In this document: one piece after another, positions 1 to 13,200 of the stretch
How positions within the stretch are numbered: the first letter of the stretch is position 1
Layout: every line of letters begins with the position of its first letter
DNA from: Rhina ancylostomus
Taxonomy: Eukaryota
Assembly (NCBI GenBank): GCA_030265395.1
Contig: JARFYF010000119.1
Location: forward strand, 379,021 to 443,020
Length of the DNA stretch: 64,000 nucleotides
Direction: 5' to 3'
Translations under genes and position numbers: made by a program
The notes under the pieces: generated by a model
The model's input: the letters and a program-made list of their open reading frames with translations, nothing else
Told to the model about the DNA's origin: nothing
The model's database searches: none

Positions 1-59
1 CCCCAATAATCAGTTGCTCGGGTACGAGGCTGCTCAGTTACAAGGATGTGTGACCCATA

Positions 60-580
60 CAATAGCAACAGGTCGGTGTGCCCGGCCACCCTGGTACCTG
101 CCCACTGAACCGGCCCCAGCCCCTCTCACCGGCCGCTGCGGGTCCCCCGCCTCGCCGCTCCAGCCCAGCGCGCTCAGTACGCCCTCCACGGCCCGGGCGC
201 AGTGCTGGGTGAACCGCGCCAGCTCGCTCACTCGCTCCAGTCGGCCCTGCAACCGTTTCGAGTACTCGATGTTAGCCGCCTCCTCCTCCGCCGCCGCCGC
301 CATCCTGCGCCGCCGTCACCTGATCCGCCCGCCGGAAGTGCGGGGCCTGTAACCGCACCCTCGCTGAGTCACCTCCGGCTGTGCAATCAGTCGCCGCCGG
401 GTCGGTGATGAAGCCACGAGCCTCCCAGTGGCGTCCCTTCCACTTCTCTTCAATGGGCCCCACCCAGCAAAGGCAACTTTTTACAGGGTTTCAGGGCAGA
501 GTTTTATTTTTACTTTAAGTATTCAGAGGCCTGGATGAATATTGCAGACGCGGCAGCTGGGGAATTTCATTGGTTAAGCA
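60..580 (-). promoter_or_regulatory. CpG island / housekeeping promoter of SNRNP48
   Basis: The only CpG-dense stretch in an AT-rich window. ETS/GABPA motif CCGGAAGTG at 332-340, YY1-like GATGGCGGC over the ATG, GC-box-like CCGCCC near 325, CCAAT on the minus strand at 569-573. Confidence 0.7.
130..303 (-). CDS. SNRNP48: SNRNP48 (U11/U12 snRNP 48 kDa) coding exon 1
   Basis: ATG at 303 in a GC-rich context. The 58 codons MAAAAEEEAANIEYSKRLQGRLERVSELARFTQHCARAVEGVLSALGWSGEAGDPQRP end at a phase-0 donor CCG|GTGAGA (intron starts at 129). The peptide resembles the recalled human N-terminus (RRLQEELNEFVESGCRTLEEVTASLGW). It lies 3' of DSP on the same strand, as in mammals. Confidence 0.8.
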
Positions 581-689
581 AAATGTGGAACTACAAGCGG
601 GGAAGGTGACCACGCAGCTGCCGAATTGTTGGTTCTTTGACGTCCCTAAATGGAGGAAATGTGTCTGTTCTGGGGCAGTAGGTCACTCT

Positions 690-1190
690 GGAGTCACGGT
701 GTACAGAAACAGGCCCTTTTACCCACACTCACAGCACAGGTACATGGATTGGCACGGTTTAGAGGGATATGGGCCAAGTGCAGGCAAATAGCGACCAGCT
801 CAGGAAGGCACCTTAGTCGGCATAGGCACGTGGGGCCGAAGGGCCTGGTTTCATGTCGTATAACTCAGTGACACTGGGTCTGCAACCTTCAATGCCTTGA
901 CAATTCATGTGTCCATCCAGATATTTTTTAAACGCTGTAAGGCGACCAGCCTCCAGCACCTTATTACGTTGGGTGTTCCAGATTGCAACCACTCTGGGTG
1001 AGAAAATTCGACAGATCCCCTTTAACTTTTCACCCTAAACATCTGCCCTCTGGTTTTAGATATCTCCATTAGTGGGGGGACAACCTTCTAACTATCCACC
1101 CTACTTCCATCAAGCTCCCCTCCCACCTCCCTCCACTCCACAGAAAACGAACCCAGCCTATCCATTGTCTCCTCACAACTGAACTGAAAC
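690..1190. mobile_element. Cluster of CR1 LINE 3'-end fragments in both orientations
   Basis: 737-868 carries the typical CR1 3' tail (gtttagagggatatgggcc...ggccgaagggcctg), which also occurs near 8770, 21100 and 59280. Inverted pieces lie at 690-730 and 900-1190. Confidence 0.6.
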
Positions 1191-1695
1191 CTATGCAACA
1201 AAATGATAAATCTCCTCTGCCTTCCTATTGTTACGAACCAGCAACAACAGAAACACACCGAGACATGTATGTGTTAAAAACTACTTTATTAATAACTATT
1301 TATGATAATAAGTANNNNNNNNNNNNNNNNNNNNNNNNNNNNNNNNNNNNNNNNNNNNNNNNNNNNNNNNNNNNNNNNNNNNNNNNNNNNNNNNNNNNNN
1401 NNNNNNNNNNNNNNNNNNNNNNNNNNNNNNNNNNNNNNNNNNNNNNNNNNNNNNNNNNNNNNNNNNNNNNNNNNNNNNNNNNNNNNNNNNNNNNNNNNNN
1501 NNNNNNNNNNNNNNNNNNNNNNNNNNNNNNNNNNNNNNNNNNNNNNNNNNNNNNNNNNNNNNNNNNNNNNNNNNNNNNNNNNNNNNNNNNNNNNNNNNNN
1601 NNNNNNNNNNNNNNNNNNNNNNNNNNNNNNNNNNNNNNNNNNNNNNNNNNNNNNNNNNNNNNNNNNNNNNNNNNNNNNNNNNNNNNNNNNNNNNA

Positions 1696-1890
1696 AGGGA
1701 TGTCCCTTTAAAACTAAGATGAGGAGGGATTTGTTCAGCTAGGTGGTGGTGAACCTGTGGAATTCATTACCACAGAGGGCTGTGGAGGCTGAGTCATCAA
1801 GTGTATTTAAGGCAGATTGATAAATTCTTAATTGGTAAAGGGTTTATGGGTTATGGAGAGGTGGAGGAAGAATGGGGTTAAAAAAAATCA
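1696..1890 (+). mobile_element. CR1 LINE ORF2 3' fragment
   Basis: Translates to [33 protein letters not shown], the CR1 ORF2 C-terminus. Similar to 63570-63760. Confidence 0.75.
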
Positions 1891-3502
1891 ACCACAATTC
1901 TACTATATGGTCTAAATATCTAGCACCTACTATCTTAAGTTTTATTCTGATATCCTGTCTGCTTTAGCTAGCTCTCCTTTCACATCCATGTAATTTCCTT
2001 TTAGACCCTAGTTTGAGACCCCAATTTGTCACTCAGATTGAAAGTGATCAATACTTTCCCCAAAAGATCCTTTACTATGGCTTGCTTTATTTTAGTGATG
2101 ATCTGTCCCATGGTGTAGACACTTATCAGCCTATTGACTACTAACATCAATGATTTCTTTCCTCTTATTTCTCATCTCCACCCACATTGATTCTACTCCT
2201 TCGATTGTGAAGCAAGATCATTTCTCATTGCTGTCTTAATCTTGACCTTCACGATCAGAGCTACCCCATCACCTTTTCCCATTCTGCCTACCCTGGAATG
2301 CTTGGTTCCTTTCCTTGTAACCCACATCTCCATAATTGCTGTTAGATCACATGTAAAACAGAAAATCTTGGAAATAATTATCAGGACAATGAAAGGTCAT
2401 CAACCTGAAACATTAGTTCTGTTTATCTCCATGCAAGTGTACCCCAAACTGCTAAGTATTTCCAATATTATGTTTTTATTTCAGATTTCCAGCATCTGCT
2501 GTTTTTCCCCAATTGTTTGATCATATTCCTTTATCAATTCATCCACCATGTTACATTTTCAGAGCCTTTTATTCATTCTTGTTTTGTTGAGCTCGTTTGC
2601 TGTTCCAATCTCATTATATGCTGTCACAGTCTGCTTCTCATTCATTATCCTTTTGCTTCAATTTTCTAAGTCTCCCTCTATTAATATTGGTTTATTATTG
2701 TCCCTTGTACCAAGGTACAGTGGAAAAACTTTCCTTGCATATCCAAACTCTTCCCGGAGCTCTGCTCAGTTTAAAGTTCTCTANNNNNNNNNNNNNNNNN
2801 NNNNNNNNNNNNNNNNNNNNNNNNNNNNNNNNNNNNNNNNNNNNNNNNNNNNNNNNNNNNNNNNNNNNNNNNNNNNNNNNNNNGCATATCCAAACTCGTC
2901 CCGGAGCTCTGCTCAGTTTAAAGTTCTCTATAAGCTAATTCTTGAATCACCAGCATAATTAATATGAAAGCAGTTCCAATGGAATAATTGTGTCTTTCCC
3001 CAATGGTGGTACCCTATGAATAGAAATCTTTTTCTTCTGCATCACTCTTTGAGCCACACCTTCAATCTCTGATCTGTTTTGACTCTCTGCAGAGCTGTAC
3101 ATTTACAGCTTTGCTCCAGAGGTTCTATCAACTTAGATTCCAGTGAAACCTTCTAGAAATTTCAGGTATGTAAAATTTCCTCTTTTTTTTAAAAAAAAAA
3201 TGAGTATATGGCATTGCTGGGTTAAATTGTGAAATAATACTATCTCAGCTAAATGCAGAGACATTGTACATGCTGGCCCACTTAAACCCAAGTATAGGCT
3301 ATTTACCCAGTTAGCAACACAGAACCTACTTCATCTTGGTTGGTGTATGTTCAAAAAATTGAGTATTTGTTACTTGCACAATCTCATCTTGTGTGAGATT
3401 TTATGTGTACCTGCATATGTATCAACTATGACTTTTCAATAAGTGAACGTGATTGTATTTCATTAAATATTAGCAATACTAAGACAATTCAAATGATGAA
3501 AC

Positions 3503-4117
3503 TTTATTATGAAAAGCAAAAATACATAGTCTTATAATTCAGCAAGCTTCAAACTGAAGGATTCGCCCTTTTTATTAATACAGATATTCTTTGGCCATGT
3601 ACTGAATATTCATTAAAACATTAGGGGGAAAAAAAACTAAGCACAATTTCCTTTCCACCTGGTAAAATATCCCATTATAAGCCAGTATAGGATTACACAA
3701 GTACAATGGAACCAACTTATGATCAATTAGTTTATATCTATAGAAATTTTCTACTGTAGTGTGAAACTATGGCTCTGATCAGTGCTGTACAACAAAAACC
3801 CTCCATATAGACCATTAACAGACCATTTTCTTGGCACCATTCTCTGTCACTTTAGAACTGCTATACATTACAGTATTAGCTCTGTGAAATAGTCTCTTCT
3901 GATCAAGGTTTTATACTGAATTGCTCATTATATAAGCAACCTTTAGATTTGATTATCTAATCTCAACTCAAGATCAATATCAGCTTTATGCAAAATGTTA
4001 ACCTAACAGGGCACCAAAGTATAATCAAGCATATTTGAAAGCATTTGAAAAGAATATAAATTTGGATCTTTCACACATTTTGAAAATCCACCACACTTGG
4101 ATATTTGTAATAAATGA
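3503..4117 (-). other. DSP: DSP 3' UTR with polyadenylation signals
   Basis: AT-rich, repeat-free sequence after the stop codon. AATAAA on the minus strand at 3571-3576 and 3503-3508. Confidence 0.6.
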
Positions 4118-7100
4118 TTAGCGTGTAATAGAAGAGGATTTAATGGTTATATGAGTACTACTAGTTAAAGTGGAAGAGCTGGCATCAAAACTTCCTCGTC
4201 TTGATCCACTTCTTGAGCTTGGACGGGAACCTGGTCGGGAATTTGGTCCAGAGAAGCCGCCTGCATTGTATGGACTATTAATTCCTTTAGTTGAAAATGA
4301 TGTCGCTTCTAACATCCGTAGGCCAGTTTTATCCTCAACCATTGAACGATCCACTGCCTCTTTATATGAAATCTTCAATTTTGTTTTGGGACAGGTGATA
4401 CATTTTGAGTAACTGCTGCTATCCTGCAGTTTCTGAGCTGTTTTGGCATTAATCAAGCCTCTCCTTACTGCTTCATCAATGGTGATTCGCCCTGTAATAT
4501 TTGGCACAACAAGACCACCTGTAGCACTCTGGTACTCAAGGAAGCGTTGCCCAGCTTCATATGGCAGCCAACTCTCTTGCATTGCCTCTGCTGCAGAGAG
4601 TCTTTTCTTGTTCTTCACATCATCAAAACCAACATAAGCTTTCTGTGCTGGTTTTAATCGCTTTCCCATCTCTTCATCAATGATACATTGATATATAGCA
4701 TCTTGAATGGATAGCTTCTGACCAGTTCCAGGATTTATGATACCTCCTGTACAGGCCTGGGCTTCCAGTAGCCTCTGCCCTGTAATTGCATCAACAACAT
4801 TGCGACGCATGGCTTCAGAAATTGTTATTTTTTCCATTGTTTCAATGTCAAAGATGGCTGCAATGGGAGTAGGTTCCTCCAAAGAATCAAAAGTGTTTTT
4901 TAAACTTGGTGATAGAACTGGACTACTGTTCATTACAGTGCTCACTTTAGGTGCACTAAGATTAACCTTATCAGCGAACAAATCCACAAACTGTGAAAGT
5001 GTCAGAGTTCCAGCCCGATAGTCCTCGAAACTCTTCTTATCAATTATGCCTTTCTGTAACGATTCTTCAATGTCATACTGATTCCCAGTTTTTCTGTCAA
5101 CAACCACTGTTTTTGTGCTCCCATCTGATCCTTTAATTGTTATTTCTTCCCACTCTGCCTCCTGTTCAGAAAGTTCAAGGAAAGTCTCATAATCTATCAG
5201 GTCTTTGTGATATGCCTCACGTACTGTCATTTCTCGCTCTGTTTCAGGATCCACAATAACCACTCTACGCTTTCTCACTGCAGATGACCTGGAAGTTGTA
5301 GGCTCCTTTTTCTTTTCTCTTAGAGGCAACAAACAAAGGCCTGTGACTTTATCAGTAATACACCGATCTTTTAACTGAAGATAGGTCAAATTTTCTTCTG
5401 TGTTGGGATCAAAGAAGCCTTTGGTGTCATCACTTGGATCCACCAAAATTTCATTCAGTTCTTCATCGAAGTAATTACGCTTGTAAGCAACATCAACTGG
5501 CAAGCGATGGCTGTTCATTGGATCAATAATTCCACCAGTGGCAATTTGGGCTTCCAACAAGCGAATGCCATGATTGTGTTCAATCAAGCCTTTTTTCATT
5601 GCTTGAAACAATGAGATGGTTTTCTCAGTTTCAGGATCTTTGTAACCAGTAACAGCCCTTTCTGCTGAAAGAAGTTTAGTTTTGAACTCCACACCTATAA
5701 GTCTTTTTGCAACAGCTTCCTCAACAGTCAGCCTTTGGTTATTGATTGGATCAATTATATGACCTGTGGCTGCCTGGGCTTCTAGTAGCTCAAGAGCTGT
5801 GCCTTGTCTAATTAAGCCCTTCTTCATGGCTTGGTAGATTGGCAGCTTTTCCCGAGTGGCTTCAACAAACACTCCTGCAATACTGCTGTCACCTTGCAGA
5901 TAGCCCTTATACCGGTCAGTGACATCATCTATTGTAAGCAGTCCACAGTTAAGACCGTCTACTGTTGTTTGATCTATAATNNNNNNNNNNACAAGATTGT
6001 GTAGTGGAACAGATGTTCTGATTCCTGGTAATGTTATTTCTGATTTTTGCACAGGCAACAGTAATAAATCTGTTCCAGGATCTGTTCTGCAGTTTAATTT
6101 TAGCTGCTGATAGGAAACTTTGGAATTTGTGTTTGGATCAACAAAGATTTTTGATTCATCAAAAGGAGAGGTGAGTTTTTGATATATTTCTGCATCAATC
6201 AGCCCATGTTTATATGCAAGCTCCTTTGGTAAATACACACTGTTGAAAGGATCAATTATTCCACCTGCTGCAATCTGTGCCTCTAACAAGCGAAGACCCG
6301 TCTCTTTGTCAACAATATTTTTCCTAATTGCTTCATACAGTGAGATGATTTTTCCTGTGAATGGGTCTTTAAACCCGGTTGCAGCCTTCTCTGCCACCAA
6401 CAGTTTGTCTCTGTCTTTACGGTCCACAAGGCCTGTTGCAATAGCTTCATCCACAGTCACCCTTTTGTTTCTATGTGGATCAATGATGAATCCAGTAGCT
6501 GCCTGTGCTTCTAAAAGTGGTAACGCTGCATTAGGAGAAAGAATATTCTTTTCTGTTGCTTCTGACATTGAGAGTTTTTCTCCAGTTGACTGGGAGTAGA
6601 CTCCAGCTATATTCTCCAACCCATGAAGATTCAAATTAATGTCATTTGAAACATCCATCACTGTTTTTTCTCCTCTTAGCAGTTTATCTAAAGTTGATTT
6701 ATCAATTAGCTGGCAATCATACAACTGGTTTGCTGTAACTTTTTTACGGATTCCATCAAACAGTAGTTTTGCAGAATCGACCACAACCATATCACCTGTT
6801 TGAGTCTGCTTGTTGAATGTTGGCGGTGTCTGGCTGAGCCTTTCAATTTCTAATTTTGTTTTAGCTTGGAGTGCTTCCAGCTCCATCCTCTTTGCTCTTT
6901 CACTTTCCTCTAGTTTCCGTCTATATCTTTCTTCAGTCATTCTCAGTTCAGTTTGCAATCTATCTAGTTCAGCTTTCAAACGCTCAAACTCACTACTTGA
7001 TTTTCCTTTTTCTAACTGTTGCACTTCTGCCTGACTCTTCCAGTAGCTTACATCAGTTCTGACTATATCGATTTCATCCTGAAGTCTCTGCTTCATGCGG

Positions 7101-7261
7101 GATTCAGCTTCAAGAAGTGCCTTTACTCTACTTAGTTCATCTTCATAACGCTGAAGCCTTGCCTTATCCTGTTCCAACAGTTTGATATTCAGCAGCAGAG
7201 ATTCTTTTTCTTGCATTATGTCTTTATGAGCAGATTGTGTCTGCTTAATCATATCAGTTGC
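4118..7261 (-). CDS. DSP: DSP exon 24 (end of rod, plakin repeat domains A/B/C, GSR tail)
   Basis: Acceptor TTTTAG|GCA at 7261 and stop at 4118. Repeated [13 protein letters not shown] motifs, linker [12 protein letters not shown], tail GSRRGSF. The 10-N gap at 5981-5990 preserves the frame. Confidence 0.97.
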   Translation of the reverse strand, partial: ATDMIKQTQSAHKDIMQEKESLLLNIKLLEQDKARLQRYEDELSRVKALLEAESRMKQRLQDEIDIVRTDVSYWKSQAEVQQLEKGKSSSEFERLKAELDRLQTELRMTEERYRRKLEESERAKRMELEALQAKTKLEIERLSQTPPTFNKQTQTGDMVVVDSAKLLFDGIRKKVTANQLYDCQLIDKSTLDKLLRGEKTVMDVSNDINLNLHGLENIAGVYSQSTGEKLSMSEATEKNILSPNAALPLLEAQAATGFIIDPHRNKRVTVDEAIATGLVDRKDRDKLLVAEKAATGFKDPFTGKIISLYEAIRKNIVDKETGLRLLEAQIAAGGIIDPFNSVYLPKELAYKHGLIDAEIYQKLTSPFDESKIFVDPNTNSKVSYQQLKLNCRTDPGTDLLLLPVQKSEITLPGIRTSVPLHNLXXXXIIDQTTVDGLNCGLLTIDDVTDRYKGYLQGDSSIAGVFVEATREKLPIYQAMKKGLIRQGTALELLEAQAATGHIIDPINNQRLTVEEAVAKRLIGVEFKTKLLSAERAVTGYKDPETEKTISLFQAMKKGLIEHNHGIRLLEAQIATGGIIDPMNSHRLPVDVAYKRNYFDEELNEILVDPSDDTKGFFDPNTEENLTYLQLKDRCITDKVTGLCLLPLREKKKEPTTSRSSAVRKRRVVIVDPETEREMTVREAYHKDLIDYETFLELSEQEAEWEEITIKGSDGSTKTVVVDRKTGNQYDIEESLQKGIIDKKSFEDYRAGTLTLSQFVDLFADKVNLSAPKVSTVMNSSPVLSPSLKNTFDSLEEPTPIAAIFDIETMEKITISEAMRRNVVDAITGQRLLEAQACTGGIINPGTGQKLSIQDAIYQCIIDEEMGKRLKPAQKAYVGFDDVKNKKRLSAAEAMQESWLPYEAGQRFLEYQSATGGLVVPNITGRITIDEAVRRGLINAKTAQKLQDSSSYSKCITCPKTKLKISYKEAVDRSMVEDKTGLRMLEATSFSTKGINSPYNAGGFSGPNSRPGSRPSSRSGSRRGSFDASSSTLTSSTHITIKSSSITR

Positions 7262-10200
7262 CTAAAATGTTAAGATAGAACATAATCATGTTTTCACATT
7301 TCAAAATATTAACTTTTGGCCTACAAAATGAAGATACTTAAAATTGTGTTTTTTTTAAAATCAGATTGGTTTATATATTTGATTATAATTTAGTAATTAT
7401 TATTTAAACAAATCTTTTGAGTTCAAGCAACTATTCACTTAATTTAGTATCTTAGTTACTGCTTGTTATCAATATCAAAATTATTTCTGTTAGTTATCCA
7501 TTTATGATTACACAACAAAAAACCATTAAATTTAGTACACAGCAATATATAACTTCTTCCTTGGAGGGACTGTTGGGCATTTTCAAAGATTAAAACAAAA
7601 ATCTAGAAAAATTGAGTTAAAGTGTCTCAAGATTTCTCCTGTGGAATCAAAAGATTCTACATTGTTATCTCCTTTGTTACAAGGAAGATTAGCTTTCAAT
7701 GAAATCTCCCTTCAACAGGGCCATTTGCAAGTTTATATTACTGTCCATCAAGTGTTTGCTATTTCATGTATCTCACACAAAACTGTATCCTTCACCTAGT
7801 CATTTAAATGCAATTAAAAAATTGTTCCACAAGTGATTCCAGTGATCAAATTCTTCCTTGTAGGATGAACAAGTTAGCAGCAATTCTTCAAGTTTCCACA
7901 TTTGCCATGGAACTTATCCACTACATATTGAAAACTTATAATTTCCTGATGTGTACAGGCAGCGGGCAAAGCTTCTCAGCATTAGAATGCTGTTGCAAAA
8001 CATCTTTTAATTGGGTGTGTGCTTAAATAAGAATTAACATATCTTCATTGAAGATACAGGGGCTTTTTTTGGAAGTAGTACAACTTGATAATGTCCAAAC
8101 AGAGATTAAGTTTGGACAAGTATATTTTATGGAAATCCAAGAAATATGATTAGTTACATGGAAACTGGATAGAAAAAGAGATTGCACATGTTACTAATGA
8201 AAAAAGGTAACACAAGATATATTGCTTTTAAACTGCTTACGGCAAGTATGACATTGATTCTGTAACTTTACCCTTGTTTGGTTTATTAAACAACACTTGT
8301 CATTTGTTTTCCTTTCACCTTGCAGTAGAAAAAACTTATGCCAGCGTACAATAATAACGTAGCAGTGAAGGATACGAACTATAGTTGTACTCATCCTTGA
8401 ACATGGCAGGAGCTGGCTAGATGACATAATTAAGTGACAAATGAAGGATGCAATTATATCACATCAGTTTCCCCTTCATTGACATCACATCTTATGTCAT
8501 CTTTCAGGTGAAAATATACGGTCTGTTTGCAATGAAGTACAACAGTTTTTTTAAAAAATAATCAAGGTAGCAAATGGCAAGTATGTCTTAGTGGAAAAGG
8601 CAAAGCACTAATTTCTGACAAAGGTGTTGTACTGTTCATGAATAATTTGGATTCATTTTTCAGATTCCTTTTTATCAGAAAGGAGTCAATAATGGAACAA
8701 ACCGCCAGAGGAAGTGGTAAATGTGGGTACACGTACAATGTTTAAAAGACATTTGCACAGGTTCGTGGATAGGAAAGGTTTAGAGGCATATGGGCCAAAC
8801 ATAGGTAAACAGAACTAGCCCCGATAGACACTTTGGTTGGCATGGACAAATTGGGTCCAAGGGCCTGTTTCTGTGCTAACTCTATGACAACAAACAGTTG
8901 AAATCTGATATTTATATTATGTTTACATGATTAGAGCTCTGTCACAAAATCAGTCACCAGGTCAAAAAGTTTTCAGTTTGTATTCCTACAGAATGTTAGA
9001 CTGCAGCACTCACTAAATAGCAACAAAGGTTCCTAATCTACTGCTAGATTTGGTAGTAGATGATAGACTGTGAAGGTAAGAGTTGAAAATTCTTGTGAAA
9101 AGTCTCAGCTGCTGTGCTACTATGATACCATGAGATACAAACTAGTTTCCCCTTCTCTTCACACAGATTTGTTGGTTTCTTTCTGAAGGACCTCAAAGCA
9201 CTGTTGGAATTTGAGTATTCCCTGAGCATTTGAAAGGATTCATCCAGTCAGGTTTTCCCCAACAGCTGGCATTTGAGATAAAAGCCTGATGACCCAATCA
9301 TCAAAATGTGGTTAGAAGTCCAGGTTCTTAGTCTCACTGATATAATTAAACATGGTGTATGGGATTGCTGANNNNNNNNNNNNNNNNNNNNNNNNNNNNN
9401 NNNNNNNNNNNNNNNNNNNNNNNNNNNNNNNNNNNNNNNNNNNNNNNNNNNNNNNNNNNNNNNNNNNNNNNNNNNNNNNNNNNNNNNNNNNNNNNGATAA
9501 GAACAAAAGATGAGATCCACTCTGATATGTACCGAAATACATACAAATGACAAAAATAGCATAACTGATCTGTGCCCATCAATGTGACCTTCTGCTACTT
9601 GTTTTCCCCTGCATTACAATAGTCACAGCACTTTCGAAGTACCTAATCAGCCATCAATCAATTCAGATTGTATTTTCAACACAAGAATAGAAAGAGCTGG
9701 CCAAACTGAACTGTGAGCCTACTCCATTATTCAGCAAGCTCATGGCCAATCTTCTCAGAGCAATTATCCAAGACAACTCCCATTTCCTTTCGGGATCATA
9801 GATCTGCAATCTGAGTCTGGGGTGCGTTCAACATCTCAGTATCCATGGGCCAAGAATTTCAAATAGTCATTAACTTCTGCGTGAAGAAATTTCTTCTTCA
9901 AAGTTTAAGGTGTTGTCTAGATTCATTCAAGTTGAAATTTATTTGGGAACACATGTGCATTTGATTTGACATATCCTACCTATGAATTTAAATGAAAGTT
10001 TATTTAATATTAAATTGATTATGGCAGTTTCATTAAGTTCACAACATATATCAACTAAGAAAAAGCAAAGGAAGCTAAATCATTTTAAGGAGTTACCAAC
10101 AGATTAGATCAAAGCATCTAGTAATGAATGGTAATGAACAATTAAACAACTAATGGGAAGAGGCAGATCCATAAACATCCATATCCATAATGATGGCAGG

Positions 10201-13200
10201 GCAAAGCACAGGAATGCTTAAGTCAAGGCTGAACAATTGGCAACCACGTTTAGCCACAAGTGTCAAGTGGATGATCCATCTAAGATTTCTCCTGAGATCT
10301 CCACCACTATGCAAGCCATGCTTCAGCCATTTCAATTCACCCCACGTGAGATCAAGAAACAGCTCAGGACACTGGATACAGCAAAGTTTATAGCATCAGA
10401 CAATGTTACTGTAGTACTGAAGACCCATACTCCAGAAATTTGACTAGGTACATCTGGTTCACAAAAAGCTTGACAAATCTAATTCAGCTAAATTTCACCA
10501 AATCAGTCTACTTTCTATTATCAAAGTGGTGGCAGGTATCATCAATAATGCTATCAAGAGGGACTTAAACACAATAAACTGCCTACCAAAGCCCAACGTG
10601 GGTTTCACCAGGACGACTCAGTTACAGACCTCATCACAACAAAGGAAAACTGACATCAATGGGCATCAGGGGTAAAAACTCCAATGCCTTTTCCCTTGCA
10701 CAAAAGCAAGATGCTCTGGTTGTTGGAATTCAGTCACCCCAGGCAGTATCCTACTTGCTTCCATCTTCAACTGCTTCATCAATGGTGCTCCTTCCATCAT
10801 AAGGTTAGAAGTGGGGCTGTCCCATAATTAAAAAATGTTCAATTCCATTTACAATTCCTCAGCAAATGAAGCAGCCATTGCCTGTTTACAGCTAAACCCA
10901 GACAAGATTTTAGCCTGGGGTGATAACCTTCAAGTAACATGCACCCCAGAGAAGTGTCACACTATCATAATCTTCATCAAGATAGAATCTAATCAGCTGC
11001 CCTTGACAATCAATGGCTTAACCATCACCAAGTCCTCTAGAAATCAGATTTATTATCACTGACTTGTATGTCATGAAATTTGTTGTTTTATGGCTGCAGT
11101 ACAGTGCAAAGACATAAAATTACTATAAATTACAAAATAAATACAATGCAAAAAAGGAATGACAAAGTAGTGTTCATGGACCATTCAGAAATCTGATAGC
11201 ATCACCTTGGAGTCACCACTGACCAGACACTCAAATAGACCAATAAATCCCATAAATACTATGGCTGCAAGAGCAAGCTAGAAGCTGGGTATCCTGCAGT
11301 GAGTGACTTCTGATTCCCAAATACCTTTCCACCATCTACAAGGCACAAATCAGGAATGTGCTGGAATACAATCCATGGGTCTAGGTGAATGCAGTTCTAA
11401 TGATGTTCAAGACTGAAACCAACTGGGATAAAGCAGCCTATGATCGGTATCCCATCTATCACTTGAAACATTCATTCCTTCCACCGTCTTCACACTGAGG
11501 TTGCAATGTGTACCATTTACAAAATGTATTACAGTTATTCCAACAGCACCTTCCAAATTCATGCTCTTTATCACCATAGATGGCAAGGGCTTGGGGCATA
11601 TGGGAACATGACCATCCTGATATTCCCCTCTCAGTCTTACATCATCCATACTTGAAAATGTATTCCCATTCTTTCATCATCATTAGTTCTAAATCCTAGA
11701 ATTCCCTGCCCAGTGGCACTGAGGAAGTACCTTTCTAGAAGGACTGTAGCAGTTCAAGTGGGCAATTCAGCACCACCTTCTCAAGGGCAATAAGTAATTG
11801 CCTTGCCAGTGACTTCTACATTCCAATAAATGAATAAGTAGAAGATTATCTACTTCTCAACACAAATAACTGGGTAATTTTGAATACTAGACCTTTAAAT
11901 CTACTCAGAATGGGGAAGTTTTGTCTAAAGCTGCTGGTTTTCTAGACTGCTGATATTGTGAATGTTGTATTGCACTGCAGTTAGCACACCCGACATGCAA
12001 TCCCTGAACACAGTGAAGGCCCAAGTATGTCAGGTTTCTGCCCGGTTAAAGGTAAATCCTCCACCAATCCAATTGTGGCTTCTATGCCTGACGGCCCATG
12101 CAATATAAATGCTCTCCTTATGACTTTGCAAACTCTATTTATCGGGATTAAACTCCATCTGTCCATTACCTTGCAACCCAAGACTACCCTCCACGCTATC
12201 AACAACTCCACCAATCTTTGTGTCATCTGTGAACTTACTAATAGTGCCTCCTACATCCACACCCAAATTATCTATATACACATTGTCCGAGTTACAAATA
12301 CCCAACTAATGGACACCCCTGCAAGCTCTCAAAATACTATTAAATTCCAAAGTCTGATGTACGTGCAAATGTTTGTTCCCACAAATGGCAGACCTAGTTC
12401 ACCCCCCTCTCTCTCCACTTTCAGTAATTGTTCTTATAAAGCTTGTGTGTTTTTGATGCCAGTACTATGGAGGTATGGTTACCACAGAGTGATCTTTTTG
12501 TGCATTTTCTGACTTACAAACAAAATCAACTTACAGATGTCTGTAAAAACAGAACTAGTTTGTTACCCAGGGATGGGCTGTATATTACAGATAGCAGGGG
12601 TCCCAGTATGATCCCTGTAGAACTTCACTAGTCACAGGCATCCATTTGCAAAAACAAGCCTCTACTATCACCCTGTCTCCTATTGCCAAGCCAATTTTGA
12701 TTCCAAATTGCCAACCTGCCCTGGATCCTATGGGCTCTGAGCTTTTCCAAGGATGCATTCAGCCTATCAAGTTTATGCCAGCTCTCAGAGGAATCCCCAC
12801 TTATTTTCCTGTAACCTATTCTCTCACATATACCCATCGACTTCCCCCGATTCTTCCACTAGTTACCCAGTCTGGGTGTAATTTATAATAACCAATCAAT
12901 CCAACAACCAGCACATCTGGCATGTGGGAAGATAACTGGAGCACCTGGGGAAAATGCACATGGTCACAGGGAGAACATGCAAAATCCACATAGACTGCAC
13001 TGGAGGCAGAATTGAATCCAGGTCACTGGAGCTGAGAGACCTCTGCACTACTTGCACTTCTTCTTGGATAAGATAGGTGTTAGAGCAAACTAGAACTTAA
13101 ATGGTTGTGTTTTATAACATAAATCCTTCCTCTTTGCAAACCAGTAATCAATATCCTGTTTGGGATAAATGGTATAGGGAAGCTTCTGCTACCTGTTGGC

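Noticed and set aside
14-463. ORFs 14-352 (+), 202-408 (+) and 272-463 (-)
   Set aside because: Stop-poor shadows of the GC-rich CpG island and SNRNP48 exon 1, with no recognisable protein.
1193-1742. Long ORFs rich in X (also at 2548, 9248, 17666, 19179, 51660 and elsewhere)
   Set aside because: Artefacts of translating through N runs.
3755-3762. miR-142-3p 8-mer seed match (ACACTACA, minus strand) in the DSP 3' UTR
   Set aside because: A single seed match is expected by chance when many miRNAs are considered, and conservation cannot be assessed here.
4170-7062. Several plus-strand ORFs inside the last DSP exon
   Set aside because: Antisense shadows of a long coding exon.
4118-7261. Alternative identity as plectin, BPAG1e/dystonin, envoplakin or epiplakin
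   Set aside because: Exactly three plakin repeat domains (A, B, C), a GSRRGSF tail, no actin-binding domain exons, and exon-by-exon similarity to desmoplakin.
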